DNA of 64,000 nt, from NCBI GenBank assembly GCA_946493085.1, contig CAMMAC010000001.1:2593-66592 (forward strand), read 5' to 3'. Every line of letters begins with the position of its first letter. The stretch's first letter is position 1. The notes under the pieces were generated by a model, which ran no database searches, had not been told where the DNA came from, and saw nothing but the letters and a program-made list of their open reading frames with translations. A program made the position numbers and the translations under genes. This stretch comes from an uncultured Clostridiaceae bacterium (lineage in GTDB: Bacteria; Bacillota; Clostridia; TANB77; CAG-508). This document shows, in pieces, positions 10,281 to 18,847 of this stretch.

Positions 10281-11363
10281 CTACTTTTTTTCTTGTTTAA
10301 CGAAATTAGATTTTTTTATAGGAATTAAGAATAAGGCTCCTACTATAATAGGAAGGTAGAAAGTATAAATACGCCAAAATAAGATGGCTAAATTGATAGT
10401 TCCAGTTTTAAAAATAGATTGAAAGATAAGTAAAAATCCACCTTCTGCACCAAGACCAGCACCAGGAGTAGGAGTAATGGTCATAATCATTAATAAAAAG
10501 GCTTGTGCCGGAATAATTTGCCAATAGTTAATCCCAGAATTACCAAAAGCACGATATACCATATAAGTAATGGCATAATAGCATAAACTTTGCAGAGTTG
10601 CCCATATAAAAATTTGAAGAAGAATTTGCTTCTGGGTAAAGATAAATTTAAATTGATTACTAAAATGAATAATGCTATTAGTTACTTTTTCTTTCGCTTT
10701 ATTAAAATCTTTTATTATTTTTAATTTTGCCAAAAGTTTTACCCATGGTAAAGTAATTATAATAATGAGTTTCGGGTAAATTCCAGCAAATACAATAACC
10801 ACTACTAAAACAATATTAGCAACAAATCCTAAAATAGCGACCCATAGAAAATCTTGGAATAAATTCAGAAAAAAGGGTAATTCCCATAATACAACAATAA
10901 CTGTAAAAATTAATAAAGCTAATTGTGTTACAATGAATTTCATAGTTAAAATAGACATTGATTCACTAGCTCTTTTTCCTGTTTTGGTAAGAGCATAAGC
11001 CTGCATTGGCTGTCCACCAGAGGAAAATGGAGTTACATTATTAAATAACTGTCCTATCATATTTACTTTAATAGAATTTGTAAATTTTTGAGCGGGATAA
11101 AATTTTTTTAGTGGAATATGTAAGCACATAGTGTCGCAAAACCAAAGTCCAAGTAGAGCAAGAAGTCCCCAGCATACCCAAGTGTAATCTACTTGTTGTA
11201 ATACTAAAATAATATTATCTATACCATCTACCATAAACATATAAATTAATAAACCAATAAAAATAACTGCAATCAAAATAAAATTAAAAATAGTTACTTT
11301 TTTGCTAGTAGTTTTAATTTCTTGCTCTTCTGTTTCTATTTGAGAATTTTTATTGTCCTCCAT
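10281..11363 (-). CDS. Flippase-like / lysylphosphatidylglycerol-synthase-TM-domain (UPF0104) membrane protein
   Basis: 360 aa with about 8 TM helices. The pattern of conserved Gly/Pro/Trp positions (GQLFNNVTPFSSGGQPMQAYAL) is typical of the LPG_synthase_TM / flippase-like family. The RBS AGGAGGATT lies on the minus strand upstream. Confidence 0.7.
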   Translation of the reverse strand: MEDNKNSQIETEEQEIKTTSKKVTIFNFILIAVIFIGLLIYMFMVDGIDNIILVLQQVDYTWVCWGLLALLGLWFCDTMCLHIPLKKFYPAQKFTNSIKVNMIGQLFNNVTPFSSGGQPMQAYALTKTGKRASESMSILTMKFIVTQLALLIFTVIVVLWELPFFLNLFQDFLWVAILGFVANIVLVVVIVFAGIYPKLIIIITLPWVKLLAKLKIIKDFNKAKEKVTNSIIHFSNQFKFIFTQKQILLQIFIWATLQSLCYYAITYMVYRAFGNSGINYWQIIPAQAFLLMIMTITPTPGAGLGAEGGFLLIFQSIFKTGTINLAILFWRIYTFYLPIIVGALFLIPIKKSNFVKQEKK

Positions 11364-11488
11364 GTTATAGAATCCTCCTTTATTATCTTATTATTTATAT
11401 AAAAAAATAGAGAAAAAGTCAATCGAAATAAGAAAATCTTCATGAAATTTGAAAATACTGGGAAAAAATAAAATATAAGTATAAAAAT

Positions 11489-11559
11489 AAAATTACATAA
11501 AGTAAATTATAAAATGAAAAAATTGGTAGAAAATAATAAAGAAGAATATTGATGTTAAC
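11489..11559 (+). promoter_or_regulatory. Type-1 leader (copy C) with promoter TTGATG-17-CATAAT
   Basis: AAATTACATAAAGTAAATT motif plus the TTAACCAAAAAGTAATACATAAT promoter block. Confidence 0.5.
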
Positions 11560-11893
11560 CAAAAAGTAATACATAATATTTGATAATTTAAAGCAAGAAT
11601 TTCAAGATTTTAAAAAACAAATTGCAGAAGCATTAACCAATAAAGGTGTACAAACAGAAGAAACAGATTCTATAGAAAGCATAGTGGAGAATATTGGTAA
11701 GCAGGGTGGTAGTGGAATACAACGAATAAAAATAGGAAGTTCTTATAATGCTTCTACAGGTATTTTAACTATTTCTAGTACAAGTAATTCTGGACATTTT
11801 GATAAGGGAGATGGAAATGGAGGTATTATGTGGACAGAAGATTGGTCATGTAGTATTCAATTTGATGTTTATGCATTTATACCAAATGTATGA
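11560..11893 (+). pseudogene. Variable-family copy C: 5'-deleted copy (no start codon and no TM anchor) that retains the end of the conserved module fused to a unique C-terminal domain
   Basis: In-frame translation ...NLKQEFQDFKKQIAEALTNKGVQTEETDSIESIVENIGKQ aligns to LENFKKIIATAITNEGVATSETDTAETMSENIAKIL of copy A. The tail GSGIQRIKIGSSYNASTGILTISSTSNSGHF...WSCSIQFDVYAFIPNV is unique. Confidence 0.6.
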
Positions 11894-12029
11894 AACATGA
11901 TTTTTTAAATTAACCTCGAGTGATAAAGGAAAAATTTCTAGTCACTAGAGGTAATTTTTTATGCCTATTAGATATTACTAAATTACGAAGTAAGAAAAAA
12001 TTTATTAAAAAAGTAATAAGATAGTATGA

Positions 12030-12167
12030 AAATTACATAAAATAGATTGCTAAAAGAAAAAGTTAAATAGAAAATAAGTATATGAAAAGATTTAATATTA
12101 ACCAAAAGGTAATACATAAAAAGTATTAAAATAAAAGATAGGAAACATAAGAAAAAGGAGAAAAGCA
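12030..12167 (+). promoter_or_regulatory. Type-1 leader (copy D), promoter partly degraded (TTAATA / TACATA)
   Basis: AAATTACATAAAATAGATTGC is exact. The -35/-10 are weakened relative to copies A and E. Confidence 0.5.
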
Positions 12168-12652
12168 ATGAAGAGAGAAAATGGAATTACCATGATAACG
12201 TTAGCCGTAACCATTATTGTGTTAATTATCTTAGCAGGAGTAAGTATCAATATGTTGGTAGGAGATAATGGGATTATTACAATGGCGCAAAAAGCCAAGG
12301 AAAATATGGAACTAGCACAAATAGAAGAAGAGGAACAAATGAACAGTTTATATGAAGAATTAGCTAATGGGGCGAAGGAATTTTTGACGATTCTATGGGA
12401 GATGCTATAGAGAAATTAGAAAATTTTAGAAAGATAATAGCAACAGCTATAACGAATGAAGGAGTTGCTACAGCAGAAACAATGGCAGAGAATATTAGTA
12501 AAATATTAGAAGCAAGGACAAAAGATGTAACAGCTACAGCAGAAGATATAGCAGAAGGAAAAACAGCCTATGTAAATGGAGAAAAGATAGTAGGGACTGA
12601 AAAATATATTCATCTTATCCTAATACTGCAGGTATATATTATTGGAAATTAG
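12168..12652 (+). pseudogene. Variable-family copy D: frameshifted within the conserved module (two ORFs, 12168-12410 and 12395-12652), with the C-terminal domain missing
   Basis: MKRENGITMITLAVTIIVLIILAGVSINMLVGDNG... The frame breaks at ...EELANGAKEFLTILWEML and resumes as MGDAIEKLENFRKIIATAITNEGV.... It ends soon after DIAEGKTAYVNGEKIVGTEK. Confidence 0.7.
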
Positions 12653-12738
12653 AATACTAATCGAAATTAAAACTTTAGAAGGCAGAGAGAAATCTCTGTT
12701 TTATTTTTTGAGAAAAAAGAAAGTATAAAAATAAAAAG

Positions 12739-12880
12739 AAAATTACATAAAATTAATTGCATAGCAAAAGAAATAAATAGAAAATAAAATAAAGAAATGT
12801 TGAAATTAACCAAAAGATAAGATATAATAAAAGTATAAAGAATAGAAAAAATGGAAAACATAAGAAAAGGAGAAAACGTA
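12739..12880 (+). promoter_or_regulatory. Type-1 leader (copy E) with consensus TTGAAA(12799-12804)-17-TATAAT(12822-12827)
   Basis: Same architecture as the copy A leader. Confidence 0.7.
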
Positions 12881-13642
12881 ATGAAAAAAGAAAATGGAAT
12901 TACAATGATTACTTTAGCAGTGACGATAATTGTGTTAATTATATTAGCGGGAGTAAGTTTAAATATGACGGTAGGGGAAAGTGGAATTATCACTATGGCA
13001 CAGAAAGCAAAAGAAAACATGGAACTGGCAAAGGTAGAAGAAGAGGAACAGTTAAATAGTTTGTATGAAGAATTAGAAAAAGGAGGAGAAGGAATTTTCG
13101 ATGATTCTATGGCAGATGCTATAGAAAAACTAGAAAATTTTAGAAAGATAATAGCAACAGCTATAACGAATGAAGGAGTAAGTACAGCAAGCACAGATTC
13201 AGCAGAAACCATGGCAGAAAATATAGGTAAAATATTGCAGGAAAGAACCAAGGATGCAACTGCTATGGCGGATGATCTATCTAATGGAGTAACAGCCTAT
13301 GTAAATGGACAGAAAATAACAGGAAATGGAATGGATGTAAATAATAGTTATAATAATGGATATAATGTGGGGTATCAGGACGGAAAACAACAAAGTAACG
13401 TGAAGCAATATTCTATGTCCTTTAGTATAGGAATTAATACTACGCAAACGTATAATTTAGATAATTATGTGCAAGGAGGAAATTTATTAACTGCTTCTAT
13501 TACTTCTTGGTCAGAACCATATACAGTTAAAGCAACTTCGTTTCAATTAACGGTAAATGGAAATGTTGTTACAATTAAATATTCTAGTGGTGATGTTGGA
13601 TTTGCTGGTAGTGGTACTATCGTATTTTATTATTATGAATAG
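12881..13642 (+). CDS. Variable-family protein, copy E (intact)
   Basis: MKKENGITMITLAVTIIVLIILAGVSLNMTVGESGIITMAQKAKEN... The C-terminus YNNGYNVGYQDGKQQS...LTVNGNVVTIKYSSGDVGFAGSGTIVFYYYE is related to copy A only in the GY(D/N)VGY motif. The RBS AAAGGAGAAAA precedes the ATG at 12881. Confidence 0.75.
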   Translation: MKKENGITMITLAVTIIVLIILAGVSLNMTVGESGIITMAQKAKENMELAKVEEEEQLNSLYEELEKGGEGIFDDSMADAIEKLENFRKIIATAITNEGVSTASTDSAETMAENIGKILQERTKDATAMADDLSNGVTAYVNGQKITGNGMDVNNSYNNGYNVGYQDGKQQSNVKQYSMSFSIGINTTQTYNLDNYVQGGNLLTASITSWSEPYTVKATSFQLTVNGNVVTIKYSSGDVGFAGSGTIVFYYYE

Positions 13643-13743
13643 GAAAATACTATAATTTCTACAAAAAATCACCTTAGATTTTGTGCTAAAACAAGTTTAT
13701 TTTTGAATTGTTCAGATGAATAATATTAAAATAGAACTAAAAT

Positions 13744-13776
13744 AAAAAATGGTAGGTTATTACCTACCATTTTTTA
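13744..13776. terminator. Bidirectional intrinsic terminator between the variable-family island and the por operon
   Basis: AAAAAATGGTAGGTtattACCTACCATTTTTT: a perfect 8-bp stem flanked by A-run and T-run. Confidence 0.75.
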
Positions 13777-14736
13777 CTAATCATTATTTTTATTTGTAAT
13801 TTCTTCTAAATCTAATAGTTCTTGCCATCTCTTATCTACTTCCTCTTGGAAAGCTTCTATCATCCACTCATTGCCAGGTTTAAACATGTGTTTAAATCTT
13901 CTTTGTGGTTTCAAAAATTCTTCAATAGGAAGCTTTTTAGCAGGTTTATAAGTAATTTTATATTTACCGTCTACTACTTCATATAAAGGCCAATAGCAAG
14001 TATCTATTGCCAATTTATTAATTTGCATTAACATATCTGTTGGATAACCCCATCCTCTAGGGCATGGAGCAAGTACATTTAAGAAAGTTGGTCCTTCTGT
14101 GTAAATTGCTTTTTCAGCTTTTTCATATAAATCTTTAAAATTATTTACTCCAATGGTTTGTGCAACATAAGGTAAATGATGAGATGCCATAATTTCTGTT
14201 AAATCTTTTCTGGATTGCATTTTACCAGGAATAACATCACCTGCTGGAGATGTTGTAGTATCTGCAAAACGAGGTGTAGCAGAAGAACGTTGAATACCTG
14301 TATTCATGTAAGCACCATTATCATAGCATACATAAGTCATATCATGACCTCTTTCCATGGCACCAGATAAAGATTGAATACCAATATCATAAGTACCTCC
14401 ATCTCCACCAAAAGTGATAAATTTTGTATGCTTATCTTCTGGTAATTTTCCTTGTCTCTTCATTGCTTTGTAAGCAGCTTCTGCACCAGAACAAGTAGCA
14501 GCTGCACATTCAAAAGCAGTGTGAATATAAGAAGTGGTCCAAGAAGTATAAGGATAAATACAAGTAGAAACTTCCATACATCCTGTAGCATTAGAAACAA
14601 CAGCATGATCCTCTTCTTTTAATGCTCTCATAATCATTCTTGCAACAGGAGGAGCACCACAACCTGCACACATTCTATGTCCAGCAGTAAATCTTGCTGG
14701 TTTATTAGCAACAATTTCTTTTACATTATAAGCCAT
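13777..14736 (-). CDS. 2-oxoacid:ferredoxin oxidoreductase, beta (TPP-binding) subunit
   Basis: GDGGTYDIG TPP motif. CAGCGAPP Cys cluster at the N-terminus. Last gene of a four-gene gamma-delta-alpha-beta operon. Confidence 0.85.
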   Translation of the reverse strand: MAYNVKEIVANKPARFTAGHRMCAGCGAPPVARMIMRALKEEDHAVVSNATGCMEVSTCIYPYTSWTTSYIHTAFECAAATCSGAEAAYKAMKRQGKLPEDKHTKFITFGGDGGTYDIGIQSLSGAMERGHDMTYVCYDNGAYMNTGIQRSSATPRFADTTTSPAGDVIPGKMQSRKDLTEIMASHHLPYVAQTIGVNNFKDLYEKAEKAIYTEGPTFLNVLAPCPRGWGYPTDMLMQINKLAIDTCYWPLYEVVDGKYKITYKPAKKLPIEEFLKPQRRFKHMFKPGNEWMIEAFQEEVDKRWQELLDLEEITNKNND

Positions 14737-15935
14737 TATTTAGCACCTCCTTTTAATCCAAAATAACGATAAGGATTCTCTACTTTTCCAGTAGATGCAA
14801 TTTCTTGTAAATCCTGGTATACACCTTCAATTTCTTTTGTAGTAGTATCTCTACCACCAATACCATAAACGTAATTTACAGTAGGAACTTGCATACCATT
14901 GGTATATAAACCAGAAGTAACATCTGTAAATAAAGCTCCACCACAAGCATTTAGGCTTTCTGCTTTATCTAAAACAGCAAGAGCTTTTACATGAGAAACA
15001 GCTTTTGCAATTTCTTCAGCAGGGAATGGTCTAAATACACGAAGTTTTAGAAGACCAGCCTTTACGCCTTGCTCTCTTAAAGCATCTACTACTACTTTGG
15101 TTGTTCCAGCAGTAGAATTCATACAAATAATGGCAATTTCTGCATCTTCTAATTTATATTCTTCAAAGAAACTATATTTTCTACCAGTCATCTTTTCAAA
15201 ATCTTCTGCTACTTCTAAGATTATCTTTTTAGCAGCACGCATTGCATTTGCTTGTTGGTATTTATGTTCAAAAAGATAAGCTTGTAAATCCATTGGACCA
15301 ACAGCAATTGGCTCTTTATCATTTAAAAGATAATGCTCTGGTTTGTATTCTCCTACAAAATTCTTTACTTTGTCATCCTCTATTAATTCAATATTTTCAA
15401 TAGAATGAGAAGTAATAAATCCATCTTGGCAAACACATAAAGGAAGTCTAACATCTTTATGTTCTGCAATACGATGGGCCATAATTAAATTATCGTAAGC
15501 TTCTTGGTTGTTTTCTGAAAACAACATAATCCATCCACTATCACGAATACCCATAGCATCAGAATGGTCATTGTGAATATTCAGTGGACCAGAAATAGCA
15601 CGGTTTACTAGAGGCATAACAATAGGAAGCCTTAAAGAAGAGGCAATATATACCATCTCCCACATTAAAGCAAGACCATTAGAAGAAGTAGCTGTCATGG
15701 CTCTTCCTCCAGCAGCTTCTGCACCAATGCAAGCACTCATAGCACTATGCTCACTTTCTACTGCCACAAACTCTGTATCTACTGTTCCATTACTAACAAA
15801 AGTAGAAAAATATTGTGGAATTTCAGTAGAAGGTGTAATAGGAAAAGCAGCAACAACATCTGGATTAATTTGCTTCATAGCAATAGCAGATGCTTCATTA
15901 CCACTTAAACGTTCTCTAATACTCATATTTTTCAT
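14736..15935 (-). CDS. 2-oxoacid:ferredoxin oxidoreductase, alpha subunit
   Basis: 399 aa transketolase-like domain. Overlapping stop/start with the beta subunit. Confidence 0.85.
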   Translation of the reverse strand: MKNMSIRERLSGNEASAIAMKQINPDVVAAFPITPSTEIPQYFSTFVSNGTVDTEFVAVESEHSAMSACIGAEAAGGRAMTATSSNGLALMWEMVYIASSLRLPIVMPLVNRAISGPLNIHNDHSDAMGIRDSGWIMLFSENNQEAYDNLIMAHRIAEHKDVRLPLCVCQDGFITSHSIENIELIEDDKVKNFVGEYKPEHYLLNDKEPIAVGPMDLQAYLFEHKYQQANAMRAAKKIILEVAEDFEKMTGRKYSFFEEYKLEDAEIAIICMNSTAGTTKVVVDALREQGVKAGLLKLRVFRPFPAEEIAKAVSHVKALAVLDKAESLNACGGALFTDVTSGLYTNGMQVPTVNYVYGIGGRDTTTKEIEGVYQDLQEIASTGKVENPYRYFGLKGGAK

Positions 15936-15946
15936 CCTTTCTATCT

Positions 15947-16243
15947 TTAAATTTCTTTCATTTCAATTGCACCGAATGGGCAAGTTTTAGCACAAACACC
16001 GCAACCTTTGCAATAATCATAATTAAAATCCGTTCTTTTTTGATCTTTTCCTACTGGAATTGCGTTGTCTGGGCAAACTGGGAAACAAAGACCGCATTGT
16101 TTACATTTTTCAGGAATAAAAACGGGTTTTACACTTCTCCAGTCACCTGTTTTAAAACAAACAGAATTACCAGCTTCGTAGATATCTCCACCTGGTGTCA
16201 TTTCCTGCCATGGAGTATCTTTATTAATTTTTACGTCAGCCAT
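15947..16243 (-). CDS. 2-oxoacid:ferredoxin oxidoreductase, delta subunit (2x[4Fe-4S] ferredoxin)
   Basis: CKQCGLCFPVCP and CKGCGVCAKTCP motifs. Confidence 0.85.
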   Translation of the reverse strand: MADVKINKDTPWQEMTPGGDIYEAGNSVCFKTGDWRSVKPVFIPEKCKQCGLCFPVCPDNAIPVGKDQKRTDFNYDYCKGCGVCAKTCPFGAIEMKEI

Positions 16244-16258
16244 TTTCTATTTCCTCCT

Positions 16259-16846
16259 TTACATTTCTACTTCATGAACATCTTTTAAAGCCATCTCTAA
16301 AGCCTTCATGTTACCTTCAATTACTTCAGGTTTTTTTGCAAATTTGTGCTTAAAAGAACCTTGCATATCATTTATAAATTCTTCTTCCGTCATAATGCCA
16401 GAGACTTTAACAATAGCTGCAAGCATTGGTGTGTTTGGGAAATACTTGCCAAGTGCTTCTTCTGATATTTTTTTCGCATCTACTGTATACACTTTTCCTT
16501 TATAACCATGTAAAACAGATTTTAAATAAGTAGCATCTTTTGTGGTGTTAATAACAATAGCACCGGTTTCTTTTAAACCATCTGTTACAGGAACAGACTC
16601 TAATAAAGAATCATCTACAACAACTACATAATCTGGTTCATAAATATTACTATGAATACGAATAGGAGAGCTACTAATACGGTTGTATGCAGTAATAGGA
16701 GCACCCATTCTCTCTGGACCATATTCCGGAAAACCTTGAATATATTTGCCAGTATTAAAAGCTGCATCAGCAAGAAGTAGAGAAGCAGTTTTTGCACCTT
16801 GTCCGCCTCTACCATGCCATCTAATTTCAATAATGTTATCCATCAC
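16259..16846 (-). CDS. 2-oxoacid:ferredoxin oxidoreductase, gamma subunit
   Basis: IEIRWHGRGGQGAKTAS motif. The start was placed at the internal Met (MDNIIE..) downstream of the RBS AAAGGA; the ORF extends to 16885. Confidence 0.8.
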   Translation of the reverse strand: MMDNIIEIRWHGRGGQGAKTASLLLADAAFNTGKYIQGFPEYGPERMGAPITAYNRISSSPIRIHSNIYEPDYVVVVDDSLLESVPVTDGLKETGAIVINTTKDATYLKSVLHGYKGKVYTVDAKKISEEALGKYFPNTPMLAAIVKVSGIMTEEEFINDMQGSFKHKFAKKPEVIEGNMKALEMALKDVHEVEM

Positions 16847-16961
16847 ATTCATTCCTTTCTCTTTGTATTTTCCTACTCTTTTCAAAACATATTGCTAGTC
16901 TTAAGTATATGCTTTGAGGCAAAAATTGTCAAGAGATTTTAGGCAACTACCGAATGGTCAG

Positions 16962-17024
16962 GTGTCCATTTAAGTCAGTCTTTTTTGAGACATGTCTCAT
17001 TTAACCCTGACTTAAATGGACATT
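16962..17024 (-). repeat. REP-like composite palindromic repeat (full copy, minus orientation)
   Basis: Outer 15-bp inverted repeat GTCCATTTAAGTCAG...CTGACTTAAATGGAC around the self-complementary core GAGACATGTCTC. The reverse complement aligns nearly end to end with 46682-46743. Confidence 0.7.
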
Positions 17025-17145
17025 AGTCGAATGATGTCGAAAAATAACTGATTGTACATTAGTATTGTTAAATCACATACAATATGATATATTAGTATAT
17101 GGAAATAATCATAAAGACCAACACTAAGTACAATAGTACATAGTA

Positions 17146-17184
17146 AAAGAGTAGGAAATGTTGTGGATTCCTACTCTTTTTTGT
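17146..17184 (+). terminator. Orphan intrinsic terminator in the por / NlpC-P60 intergenic region
   Basis: AAAAGAGTAGGAAatgttgtggaTTCCTACTCTTTTTTG: 9-bp stem plus T-run. No plus-strand CDS lies upstream. Confidence 0.55.
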
Positions 17185-17429
17185 TCCTTGTATTATCTCT
17201 TTAATAGAGCTATGAATACAAAATCAATATATTAATATAGACCAAATATTAATATATTGTGAATACCAATAGCAATGAAAGTTACTTGTTATTCACTACA
17301 GATATATTACTACATTTTTTTTGATATGTCAAACATTATATTGAAAAAGAAGGCAAAACGGTTGACTTTTTATCTTCTTTTAGTATATACTTAAGTCCGA
17401 AATGAAAGAAAAAAAGGAGCAGATGATAC

Positions 17430-18788
17430 ATGTTATCGAAAGCGAAAAATTTTATGCTACTATTAGGAATGACAAGCATTTTTATACTTTTATGGACAGC
17501 TAGTAGCTATGCTACAACAGGAATTGTAAATACAGAAACATTGAAATTAAGAAAAGCCCCTTCTACTAGTTCAGAAATATTAGATTTACTAGACTATAAT
17601 GAGAAGTTAGAAATAACAGGCGAAGAAGGTGAATGGTACAGTGTAGTACATGAAGGAACAGCAGGTTATGTGAGCAAGCAATATATGAGAGTAGAAGAGG
17701 AAGAAGAGACACAAACGAATACACAAGTAAGTGAAACGGTAGCAACTACCGAGGTAGAAAATGTACTGGAAAATACTACTACAAATACAACAACAGAAAC
17801 TACAAGCGCAGAGGTTACTCAGCCAGAAGAGACAACTACGCCAACACAAAATGTATTAAAAGAAGATACACAAATTAGCATCTTACCTTTAATACAAGCT
17901 AGTAAAATAGGAACAGAAAAGAAAGGAACTAGTGTAGAAATAATCACAACGGCTGGAAATTGGTGTTACATTGCGACAGAAAATCTAAATGGATGGGTAA
18001 GACAGGATGCTTTAGAAACTGAAACACCACAAACGACTACTCCAGAAGAAACTACACCAACTACAGAGGAGACTCCAGCTACAACCGAACAAGAAACAGC
18101 AATAGAAGAAACAACTATGTATGTAACAGGTTCTTCGGTTTATGTAAGATCAGGACCTGGAACAAACTATGAAATTGTTACCTCTCTTATTAGAGGAAAT
18201 TCCGTAAAGGCAGTTGCAGAAACAAGCCAGTGGTATAAAGTAGAAGTAAATGGACAAACCGGTTATATTTCCAAAAGCTTAGTATCTACTACAAGACCAG
18301 AAACTACATCTAGAGGTACAGAAACCTCTAGAACGCAAGACGAAGAAGAGCAGGTAAGTAGTACACCACAAGAAGAAAATACACAAGTAGAACAAACAGT
18401 AGTACAAACAAGTACTGGTCAGCAAATTGTAGATTATGCGAAAAACTATTTAGGATGCAAGTATGTTTATGGAGGTTCTGGACCAAATACATTTGATTGT
18501 TCCGGATTTACGATGTATGTTTACCAAAAATTTGGAGTAACACTTAGTCATTCTGCTAGAGCACAATCTAAGGTAGGAACAGCAGTAGAAAAAGAAAACT
18601 TACAATTAGGAGATTTAGTATTTTTTAAAGATTACGAGACCATGGACGGAATAGGTCACTGTGGTATTTATATAGGAGATGGCAACTTTATTCATGCCTC
18701 TTCTGGAACAGGATATTGTGTAAAAATCTCTACCTTATTATCTGGTAGTTATGCTACAAGATATGAAACAGCAAGAAGAGTTATTTAA
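17430..18788 (+). CDS. Secreted cell-wall hydrolase: signal peptide, two SH3b domains, Thr/Glu-rich linkers, C-terminal NlpC/P60 endopeptidase
   Basis: SH3b-like ...LKLRKAPSTSSEILDLLDYNEKLEI..WYSV... is present twice. The NlpC/P60 catalytic region is DCSGFTMYVYQKFG...H...GHCGIYIGDG. Confidence 0.85.
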   Translation: MLSKAKNFMLLLGMTSIFILLWTASSYATTGIVNTETLKLRKAPSTSSEILDLLDYNEKLEITGEEGEWYSVVHEGTAGYVSKQYMRVEEEEETQTNTQVSETVATTEVENVLENTTTNTTTETTSAEVTQPEETTTPTQNVLKEDTQISILPLIQASKIGTEKKGTSVEIITTAGNWCYIATENLNGWVRQDALETETPQTTTPEETTPTTEETPATTEQETAIEETTMYVTGSSVYVRSGPGTNYEIVTSLIRGNSVKAVAETSQWYKVEVNGQTGYISKSLVSTTRPETTSRGTETSRTQDEEEQVSSTPQEENTQVEQTVVQTSTGQQIVDYAKNYLGCKYVYGGSGPNTFDCSGFTMYVYQKFGVTLSHSARAQSKVGTAVEKENLQLGDLVFFKDYETMDGIGHCGIYIGDGNFIHASSGTGYCVKISTLLSGSYATRYETARRVI

Positions 18789-18847
18789 AAAAAGAAAAAT
18801 GGGGCAATACATAAAAAGGAAAATGTTTTCCTTTTTAGAAAGAAGCG

